Source: Blepharisma stoltei ATCC 30299 (taxonomy: Eukaryota; Protista; Ciliophora). Taken from it: a DNA stretch of 64,000 nt. Where the stretch lies: positions 558,001 through 622,000 of the forward strand of contig CBFDEM010000023.1 of NCBI GenBank assembly GCA_965603825.1. The letters are read 5' to 3'. Under the pieces are notes generated by a model. The model worked only from the letters and a program-made list of their open reading frames with translations, ran no database searches and had not been told where the DNA came from. Below are positions 50,198 through 59,569 of the stretch, piece by piece (the first letter of the stretch is position 1; each line of letters starts with the position of its first letter). The position numbers and the translations under genes were made by a program.

Positions 50198-51103
50198 TTA
50201 GAAATTTTGCGCCCTTTTCCACGCTTTTACTAGATTCTTTAATAGCATCGCAATTGTCATTGGCCCAACTCCTCCAGGGACAGGCGTTATAAATTTTGTT
50301 TTTTCTCTAACTCTTTCGTAATCTACATCTCCAACAATTAAAGACTTTTCTCCCGTGTTTATTTTATTAATTCCAATATCAATAACAATACTTCCGTCTT
50401 TAACCATATCTTCTCTAATTAAATTAGCTTTCCCTGCTGCAGAAACTAAAATGTCTGCTTGGCTTGTTATTTGTTTCAGGTTTTGTGTAGCTGTATGGCA
50501 CATAGTGACAGTTGAGTTCGCCTTTTGGAACATACTAAATAGAGGGAGTCCACATAAATTGCTTCTCCCAATGATAACTGTATGCAGCCCTCTTGGATTG
50601 ATTCCATAACTTTTGATTAATTCAAATACTCCTAATGCTGTGCATGGATAAAAAAGAGGCTCAGAATTTTTCATAAAAAGCATTCCCATGTTTTTACGTG
50701 TCAGGCCATCTATATCTTTTTCTAAAGAAACCTTATCAAGAATCTCAGCTTCATTGGCGCCTGGAAAAATTGGTAATTGAACTAAAATTCCATTTACGGC
50801 TGTATTAGCATTCAGATAATTTATATGACCATATAATTCTGATATATCATTTTTCCCTATTACATCATATCCTATTGTATCAATTCCTATTGAGTGGCAA
50901 GTTTTTTCCTTTTTCTTATAATAAATAAAAGACCCTGCATTGGAAGAATTAACTAAATATCCTAAAGTTGGGACTGAGCTTGTGTAGTTTTTCATTTTTA
51001 AGCTTGAAATTTCGTCTTTTAGATCGTTTAAAATTTTTGCTGAAATTGATTTGCCATCCATGATGACAAAAGAAAATGTTCTTCTCAATCCTCATATTTT
51101 CAT
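50198..51103 (-). CDS. folD: Bifunctional methylene-THF dehydrogenase/cyclohydrolase (FolD type), short presequence-like N-terminus; TGA=Trp at codon 4
   Basis: GILVQLP, KDIDG, PCTA.G, IIGRS, VIDIGIN, ITPVPGGVGPMT. N-terminus MKI(W)GLRRTFSF. Confidence 0.93.
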
Positions 51104-51133
51104 ATTAAATATTATCAATAAAATTTACTAAAA

Positions 51134-53722
51134 TTAATAATTTTCAGCTTGAGTATCCCCACGACTTAAAAACCACTTTTGCACATGCTCAACAATATTT
51201 CTGACCTCTTTCGCACTTGGAGGCTTGACGACTACATAGATCTTACGAAATTCATCCATTCCTGCCTCTTTGCATCTATCTTTTAAATCTTTATCCCCTG
51301 ATATTCCACATATAAAAACTTTTTTTGCATTTATTTCTCTTTCGATTTCTCTAATTCTTTGAGTTGCTTTGTAGCCATCCATTCCTGGCATATAAACATC
51401 CATGAAAATTATTTGATAAGACTTATGATTTTCTGTAGACTTTTTATATTGCTGGACACCTTCTAAGCCATCTCATGCGAAATCTGTGCTTGTATCATAA
51501 ATACCTTTGAGAATGGCATCAAATATAGAGCGTAATGTACTATCATCGTCCACGATTAAAATTTTGAAGGTATCTCTCCATATTTTTATTTTTGGAGTTT
51601 CTTGTAAAATTGATTCACATCTTTTGAAATCAGGGGAACCTCTAATTTTTATAGATTCTTTATTAGCCGAAACTGGGGATAGCTCATGGTTTATTGAATT
51701 TGTGGCTGCACTATAATTAGTCGAAATATGTGAGGTCCCAGTTAAAAATGGGGACCCTTCAGCATAGGATTTCATTTTGTTCGAAACATCGGAATCTTCA
51801 TCAGTTTCGCTTGTGAGGTACTTAACTGTTGTGCTTGAATAAATTGGTTTTACTGATAGATTCAAGCATTTTTCTATCGTTCTATTATCAGATTTGCTCG
51901 ATCTCCTGCTTCCTTTTATTGCTTTAATTTGTGCTTCTAATTTTTGTGACTCATCGATTGGCTTTTTTTCTTTATCAGGCTTCCATTTAGCAGTTAAAGG
52001 GGTTTCATAGATTGGCGGGGTGCTTAGCTGTAACATTTTATTTTTTGGTTTTTTTAGGTTAATAATATATGGGATTCTAATTGTAAGACTTTGTCTAAAT
52101 TCTTTATAATTATGGATACAGAAATTCGATACATATCCTTTTAGCAATCTTAGTACAGAATCTAATACAGCAATTCCTACACCATAAGTTTTAGAAAGAT
52201 ATAAAATCTCATCAAGAGTTTTTCTCCTTTCTGGGCTATCTCTGTCCTTGAATATCAGTTCATAGTCAGATTGTTTGAACTTTTGGGATTTATAATTAAA
52301 TGTGTAGGACACTGAAACTTCTTTTGACACTGCAGACTATATAAAAAATACAGAAACTTCAACGATAAGCGAGATTTCACTACTTTCTATTGCTTTATCT
52401 ATAAATAAACAAAGCATTGTCTGTAAAATATGAAAATTAATAGCTTGGTCTCCTGTAACTGCTGGAGGGATTCCTAAGTCCTTCGTATAAGAAATCGTAA
52501 TATTTTTCTTGGACGCCCTTGCATGGCACAGTTCGACTATATTATGAATTTCTGAATTTATATCAAAATTATCTTTATTCAATATAAGTGTGCTTGTAAA
52601 TAGTGTTTGGAATAGTAAATTATCAATAAGACATTTCTGAATGTAATTAAACATCAGTAAAGTTTCTTTATTAACTGATTTTTTATGCTCAAACTCGTGA
52701 GCGAGCTCTTTGTTTAAGCTGTCTACAGGCAAACATAAGTTTCGATAAAGGTTATTTACTAGAGATCTTATCATAACTTGGCTTGAAATATCAATGCAGG
52801 TCATCCTGACACAATTTTCGGAATTTCAAATAACGTTATCAGATTCTACCATACAGCCAAGATCTTCTTTATATTCTATGCCTATTACTTGTTCGTTTCC
52901 GAGAAACAAAAATTCGTCTTGGCCTCTTATACCTTTTATTGCATTAGATATCAATAAATCAATGGAATCTTTATATCAATCAGAAAAAATGTCACTAAAT
53001 AGACCTTCTTCTAGTAAAGTTTCAGGCTTATTGATTTTTTTTAACAAATTCATGGCTTGCTTATTGTATACAATGATTTTCCCAGCTGAATTCAGTATAA
53101 AAGTCGCATTTGGAGAACTCATAAAAAAATAATGAAAAGCGCCATGCAGCTTCTTATAAGTGTAATATAAAAGCCATAAATCTCTTGTGTCCTTCTCTAG
53201 AACAGAGCTTGCAAATGTATAAGTCAAAATCGGTACTACAATTCCTATTGAAATTCCTATTTTATATCATAAAACAGCCCCTTCAAGTATTCCAAAACTC
53301 ATTGCCAAAGTTCATCTTTTCACCAATAAAAACGATAAAAAAAAGCTAAAAAAAAAGCATCCAAGGCCTTCCGAAATTGACCCATTCCCAATATTTTCTC
53401 ATTCAAATATCACACATGAAAACTCTAAAAGCAGCCTTTTAGGGAGCCAGGAAAGTCTTTTAAATATCGCAAAGGGTAATAATGATAGCACAATTGCTAT
53501 GATAAACAAAGTCTGGATTTTACCATAAACATATAAGCCAACTAAAAAAAATAAGAGACTAATTGATGTGTAATTGAATGAAGTTGTTTGAAATTTAAAA
53601 ATTTCAGATAAAAATCTTGATTCTAGCATTTGGTCAGTATATTCCAAGGAAGGGTTCTGGAAAACATTTTTGTTTCTGCTAAAAACACTTGACCTTAAAG
53701 ACCATAATGTTTGTGATTCCAT
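51134..53722 (-). CDS. Membrane hybrid histidine-kinase-like protein (TM, PAS-like, degenerate HisKA/HATPase, receiver); introns 52337-52351 and 51232-51246; 6 TGA=Trp
   Basis: Five track ORFs share one frame. PAS-like SPNATFILNSAGKIIVYNKQA. Receiver ILIVDDD, IFMDVYMPGMDG, GMDEFLVKP after splicing. Confidence 0.85.
51232..51246 (-). other. 15-nt stop-less intron (GTAAGATCTATGTAG)
   Basis: Removal restores the canonical receiver motif GMDEF-L-V-KP. Confidence 0.85.
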
Positions 53723-53850
53723 AATTTATTTTCTGATGCAATTAATTTAGATGGGTGTTTATCAAAATAGAGGAATGCACAGGCGATCAGGCCAATACCA
53801 AAGGTTATGATAAAGTGATAATTTGCTAGACATAAAAAAATCCATATTTA

Positions 53851-54774
53851 TTAGTTAGGCTTTTTCACAGGAGGGCCAATATTATAACTTCCAGGCCCTG
53901 GCACCCATGAAGCGTTTTTGGTTACTTCATCTGTAAATGATTTCGTTTTATAAGGCAAAATCACAGCCATTCTTCCTTTTTTCATTACATGGAATTTTGC
54001 ATAAGCTAGCTCAGCATCAGGATAAGCACCAACGCCAGGTACAAATTTAGTTTGTTGCGCACGGGTAGATAAAGCTCCAGTAGGCCTACTTTTTGGTACT
54101 GAATAGCTCTTGGTCGATGGCGTGACTGCTTTTTTGATGGCAACTTCTATTCCATCATGATACATCCCAGGCCCAATTTTTGATTTTTCTACTTTTATTG
54201 GCGTTTTTGCTTTTCCTAAATTCCATTTTGGCCTTCTTTCTTCAGTTAAATCAAAATTCGGCTTATATTTCCCACACTCAGGGACTTCTTCTGCATAACT
54301 TTCCGTTGTGGTCAAAAAGTTGAGCCTTTGTCCTTTGCTGCATAGAAATTACTCAAATTTGCCGAGAGGGATTTCTTTGACTTTATCAGAAACCTTTTTA
54401 GCGTCTTTAAAATAATGCCCAGGAGCAGGGACACTTTTGCTTCTTTTAACCATTTCGTCGATTTCTGTTTTTCGTTTCCCATTTAAAAACTTCCCATTGG
54501 GTTTTTCCCAGTATCTTTTTAATATCTGCTCTTTAGTTTCTGCGTATTTAGTAGGATCTGGGTCTTTGGACCTCTTAAGTGCTTCATCCATTGCATCTTT
54601 TCTTTTGTCAGTTGGGAATTTGTGCTCTTTATTGATATAGATATGGTTTTTTGGAGCTTTGTAGCCTTCAATGCCCCATTCGCTTTGTTCCATATGTGTG
54701 AGCTGGTACATTTCCTGCACAGAAATTGGTCTTGGAGCTTCCGGAATCGGTGTTTCAGATGACAAAACTGACAT
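53851..54774 (-). CDS. SHIPPO/ODF3-like (PGPGxY repeat) axonemal-type protein; intron 54338-54352
   Basis: Repeats PDPTKY, PAPGHY, IGPGMY, PGVGAY, PGPGSY. The 15-nt GTAATTTCTATGCAG holds the in-frame TAA. Confidence 0.85.
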
Positions 54775-54918
54775 TAATTATTAATTAACAAATATCTAAG
54801 GAAAGAAAATATTATTTGTATTTTTATTATTTATTATTGGTTATATAAGTAAATCCATGACTCAATCAAATACTACTATGCGAGAAATTTTATATCTATC
54901 TGATAATAAATAATATCA

Positions 54919-56187
54919 ATGGCCGATCCTTCTTCTTATTTCATTGAAAAGAATATTGAACAACTTTTCGAAACCCTGATGGAAGCAGTCGTAACTGCTC
55001 AGCCAGAAAACCCACGCCAGTTTTTAGCTGCACATCTTCAAGACAACAGATCAATTTCTTTTCACGACTTTTTGAGCCTTTTTAATTCAATATCAAAAAT
55101 CTCAGCCGAGACTAATCCAAGAAACGCGTTTGACAGTATCATAAATGAGACATGCAAACTTCTGCATTGCGAAAGGGCAAGCTTATTTATCCATGACCCA
55201 ACACAGAAGTGCTTAAAACTTATTGTAGGGAAAGGAGCCAAAGGATTGGTTTTATATGAAAATTCAGGGTTCACATGGACTGTGTTTAATACAAAACAAT
55301 GTGTTAATATTGCTGACGTGTATTCTGACCCAAGATTTGACTGCTCAGTAGACTTAACAACTGGCTTTGTATCAAAATCTATGCTAGGAGTCCCAATTCT
55401 AAATCAAGACAGAGAACCAATAGGTGTTCTTCTAGCATTAAACAAAAAAACTGGAGCTTTCCCTGAAAAAGACGAAGAAATCATCACAAAACTTGCGCAT
55501 CAGGCTGGAATCTCTATAAGAAACGCTTATTACTATCAGCAAGCAATTTATAATGAAAATAAAACAAAAGTCCTGCTCGGGTTTATCAAAAATTTAAGCA
55601 AAGATAAGCCAGGTCAGATTTTAGCTCTAGATTTAGCCAAACATGCAGGCGATTTAATTAATGCTGACAGATGCCAGATATTTTTGATTGACCGAAGTGC
55701 AGAAAAGCTTATATTAATCGCTGCAGACTCAGGATTAGATTTTAAGCTTCCTTTAAACTCAGGACTTGTTTCCTATGCTGCAACTACAGGAGAAACAGTT
55801 AACGTATCTAATGCATATGAAGACCCTCGAAATATCACAGATTTTGATGAAATTTTTAACTATAAAACCCAGTCTCTTATGGCAGTTCCTATAAAATGTG
55901 ATGATGAAATCATCGGGGCTATCCAAGTCACTAATAAGCATTACCACAATGTATTTGGGGACATTGAAATTTATGATACTTTTACCAAAGAAGATGAAAA
56001 ACTCTTACAAGTTTTCAGTGAGGTCATGGGGAGAAAGCTTAAACACTCATTTAGACTACTGCTAGATCTCACACCAGTTACAGAAGATGTATCCAAGTTC
56101 GAAAGCAGCTTTGGGAAGAAAAAGAATTCATTTTCTGAAGATAGCTCAGCAATGCAGGTGATTAAGGAAGAAAAAGAAACAGAATAA
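54919..56187 (+). CDS. RIIa/DPY-30-like D/D domain plus tandem GAF domains, no catalytic domain
   Basis: N-terminal YF..KNI..LFE.LM..VV..QPENP.QFL..HL. Two GAFs each with NK..F..DE (LNKK..FPEKDE; TNK..FTKEDE) and VNI.D.Y.DPRF. Confidence 0.88.
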   Translation: MADPSSYFIEKNIEQLFETLMEAVVTAQPENPRQFLAAHLQDNRSISFHDFLSLFNSISKISAETNPRNAFDSIINETCKLLHCERASLFIHDPTQKCLKLIVGKGAKGLVLYENSGFTWTVFNTKQCVNIADVYSDPRFDCSVDLTTGFVSKSMLGVPILNQDREPIGVLLALNKKTGAFPEKDEEIITKLAHQAGISIRNAYYYQQAIYNENKTKVLLGFIKNLSKDKPGQILALDLAKHAGDLINADRCQIFLIDRSAEKLILIAADSGLDFKLPLNSGLVSYAATTGETVNVSNAYEDPRNITDFDEIFNYKTQSLMAVPIKCDDEIIGAIQVTNKHYHNVFGDIEIYDTFTKEDEKLLQVFSEVMGRKLKHSFRLLLDLTPVTEDVSKFESSFGKKKNSFSEDSSAMQVIKEEKETE

Positions 56188-56302
56188 TTAAAAACTCTTA
56201 CATAAATACAATTTCCCTAATTAAACTAGCACAATAATATATAATTTATTATTACCAAATAAATCTATATTAGTTTTACCTGATTAATTTTAATTAATTT
56301 AT

Positions 56303-57034
56303 ATGGCATTAATTATGATTTGGTCTATCCTTTATCTTGCCTATGCTTCAGCAATAAAATGTGAGGACGCTGCATTAGTATCTTGCCTCACTATTTCTCC
56401 TACATCTGACTGCTTTAAACAGCACTGTACTTTGGAACCTTCACAAACCGAATTTTTCAGCGAAACTTTAAATAGTAAATCAATCAACCTTATACAAGCC
56501 CCAAAACAAGCTAAATCTTGTGACCTAAAATGTGTAAACTCATGCTCTGCCAATGGAAAAATGATGAAGGAGTGCAGCGAGCTCTGCAACTGTTTTGCGA
56601 ATAATAATGCTGGGTTCGTCAAGCCTGAAGATGTTTTGTCAAAAATGTCCTTTGAGATTCCAAAAGAAGTATTTGAGGTTTCTAATAAAAAAATCGAAAT
56701 AGAAGAAATTTTGCCTCAGCCTGAAGAAGTTACGGTTACGTGGAATAAATTTGAGGACTTGCAAGAGGTGGTTAACAGATTGAAAGTCACCAATAATTCC
56801 TGCCAAGAAAGATGTATATTGAACTGTGGAAGTAAATCAGGAAATTGTGTAAATGACTGCATTTCGGATGTCTGTGAAGTTGCTGAAAAACCTTATGGGT
56901 GGATGTTTTTAGCTGAAGTTTTAGTAGTTGGAGCAATTTTAATATTTGTCGCTAGAAGATTTTTGACTAAAAGAAGAAAGCCAAGAATTTCCCTTGTTGA
57001 AGAAAGCGAAGCTTATTATACAAGATTAGGCTAA
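56303..57034 (+). CDS. Cys-rich type I membrane protein
   Basis: Signal peptide, three Cys clusters, TM segment, basic stop-transfer, cytosolic YTRL. Confidence 0.85.
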   Translation: MALIMIWSILYLAYASAIKCEDAALVSCLTISPTSDCFKQHCTLEPSQTEFFSETLNSKSINLIQAPKQAKSCDLKCVNSCSANGKMMKECSELCNCFANNNAGFVKPEDVLSKMSFEIPKEVFEVSNKKIEIEEILPQPEEVTVTWNKFEDLQEVVNRLKVTNNSCQERCILNCGSKSGNCVNDCISDVCEVAEKPYGWMFLAEVLVVGAILIFVARRFLTKRRKPRISLVEESEAYYTRLG

Positions 57035-57077
57035 TAAATTAGGTAATTCTACAAAAATATGATAATTTTTATAGACG

Positions 57078-58163
57078 ATGGAAAATATAGTCGATTGTAA
57101 TGAAAATTGTTTTCTATGTGAAAAGAAGCAAGCCTGAAAAGTAAATTTCGCTCAATTCCATGGACTATGCGACTATCATAAAGAATCTATTGAAGAATCC
57201 CAAAATTATCAATGCATCCATTGTGAATCAATAATTTTCATTTGCAAATTTACTAGTGTTCAATGCGATTATTGCTATGAAAATCCTAACAGCCACATAC
57301 TTGATTGCAATCATAAAATCTGTGAAATGTGCTTTAATGAAGAACATTCTTGCTGCCCTTTGTGCAAATATCTCTCCTCTCAAAGTGAAAGCAAGGAGAC
57401 TTTAAATGAAAATGCTCTTAAAGAGCCAGTAAAAGTCAAAATTAATGGTATAGAAAATGGAGAAGATAACTATGAAAGCAGTGACTCAGAAGTGATTGAA
57501 GAGGAAGAGGTTGATGAAGAATTATATGTAATCGAGGAGGTCGAAATGTCTTTAGAACAATCAGTGGCTTTTGATATTCGCAAATCTTTCCAGTCAACTT
57601 CTGCTGATTCACAATCGCAAGCAATAAATAGCATAAAAGCCCTTCCATCAATTATTCCTGAGCAAACCTTCATATATAAAAAATGCCCCAAATGTAGCAA
57701 TGGAATACTCATTGAGTCAGAGACTTATAAAGATATATATAAATGCTGCAGCTGTGACAAATATTTTTGTATCTCTTGTCTTGAAAGATTAAAATCCCCT
57801 AAATCTCACCATAATTGCACTGGATCCACCAAAAAAATGATTCACTTAACTCGCAAAAAATTTAATAAGGATAATAAAAAACTGAAAAAACTAGGCTCAA
57901 TGCTGCAAGTATGTCCTTTTTGCAAGAAAATGAGAGAATATAAAATAGAAAAAGGGTATTATATTTGCTGTGAAGGTTCGAATCAATGTGGCATAATGTT
58001 TTGCTTGTCTTGCGGGGCTCCAATAAGTGAGAAGGATGGAGAAGCCTTCGCGAAGCATTTTACTAACGGCTCGAATAACCCTTGTGTTGATTTTGAAATA
58101 GTTAAAAAAGATCAAAATCCTGTTATTTATGAACACGATAATTTAAAGATATTAAAATTATAA
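57078..58163 (+). CDS. Multi-zinc-finger RING plus IBR-like (RBR-like) protein; TGA=Trp near the N-terminus
   Basis: In-frame ATG at 57078. RING CDYC..CNHKICEMC..CPLC; two CPxC...C..C...FC..C modules. Confidence 0.8.
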
Positions 58164-58360
58164 TTTTATGATTTAAATATTAATTTTTGTGCTCATAATA
58201 TTTTTCTTCGAATTTATTTTATTTTCAAAATAACCAAAAGATTTATTATTGATTTACATTCCAAAACAATTAAATATCTCGTATTATATCATCCTCTATA
58301 TCTTTAAAAAACCCAAATTTCTATCTCTTTAAAATTATCCTCTACCAAATTTACTAATAA

Positions 58361-59482
58361 ATGTCTTCTTTATTGTTCACAAGCTTTCTTTCAGCAGCTC
58401 TTTCTCAATACACCGACGACGATTTAGACCTAGATTTTGATATTGTTGACAACAAAAAAGAAGAAGTCCTCCAAAACATGACGAAGCTGGAATACCAACC
58501 TCAACCTCACAATTTTTTCGTCGAGACCATCATGATTTCAATTTTGTTTTTCTATGGAGTTAACTTTTTCATAGGCAAAGGCTCAAACGAAAAAATTGCA
58601 ACACGGTGGATGTATTTATTAAAATCCATTTTCCAAGAAAACTTCAGTCATGTAGGAATCGCTGAAAAAGAAGGCGAGGGCGAGATGCTGTAAACAATAT
58701 ATAGGAAAGATGGGTATCATGCATTTAAATACTATGCGACAGGGAGGTATAACTGCGCATATTTATTAGCAGATTTAGAGCTCAACAGAAGACAAGATCT
58801 CGTTAATTTGTTGATTGGGAATTTGCTATGGAAAGAAAAGGACAGGATTTCTTATGAAGTCCCAATTTCTTCATCTACACAGAACCCAATAGTGTTTGCT
58901 TTAGTTACAAATTCATTATTAAAAAACATAAGAACAAAATATGAAGACTTAAAAACCTTAACACATGTAGTTAAAGCACCAGTACCAAACCAATTCACAG
59001 TCCTCACTGAAAGCCAAGACGTCGTCGAATGGCTCATAAACCCTCAGATCCAAGCTTTAATTGAAAACCTCGCCCCTACAATTGAAATGATCTATATCAC
59101 TGACCAAGTCATCGGAAAAGGCCAGTATTCCATACATATGAAATGTGACTTTATCAAGCCTGACACTAAAAAAGAAGCCGAAGATATACCAAAACAAGCA
59201 CAATTAGTCTTATTATTAACAGATTTAGTACACACACTTAAGTTATCAACTTATGCAAAGGCGGCAGCTGATAAAGAAAGATCTGCGATTGAAAAAGAAA
59301 AAATGAAAGAAGTTCAAGCCCAAAGAGAAGAAGAAAGACTGAAGAAAAAATTGGAACAGAAAAAGAAGGAGGAAGAAAAATTGCAAGGGCTGAGCAAGGA
59401 AAAGTTGAGGAAAATGGAGGAAAAGCAGTATAAGCAGGAGCTAAAGAAGAAGTCAATGAAGTTTAAGACAGTTAAAGCTTAG
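58361..59482 (+). CDS. CCDC47: CCDC47 / PAT complex subunit (DUF1682); intron 58690-58704
   Basis: TM then GK..N.KIA..W, YATGR..C, L.L.RRQDL, and a K/E-rich C-terminal coil. The intron GTAAACAATATATAG holds the in-frame TAA. Confidence 0.88.
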
Positions 59483-59569
59483 ATAGTTATTATTAGAAAT
59501 TTGAATAAATGCTATAAAATTATGGGAAAATAAAAAAATTCTCATAAATAAAATACCTTTATTTTAAAA

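Noticed and set aside
53723-53850. Slightly GC-richer spacer with short ORFs on both strands and a weak hairpin
   Set aside because: No motif or family recognised; too short to support.
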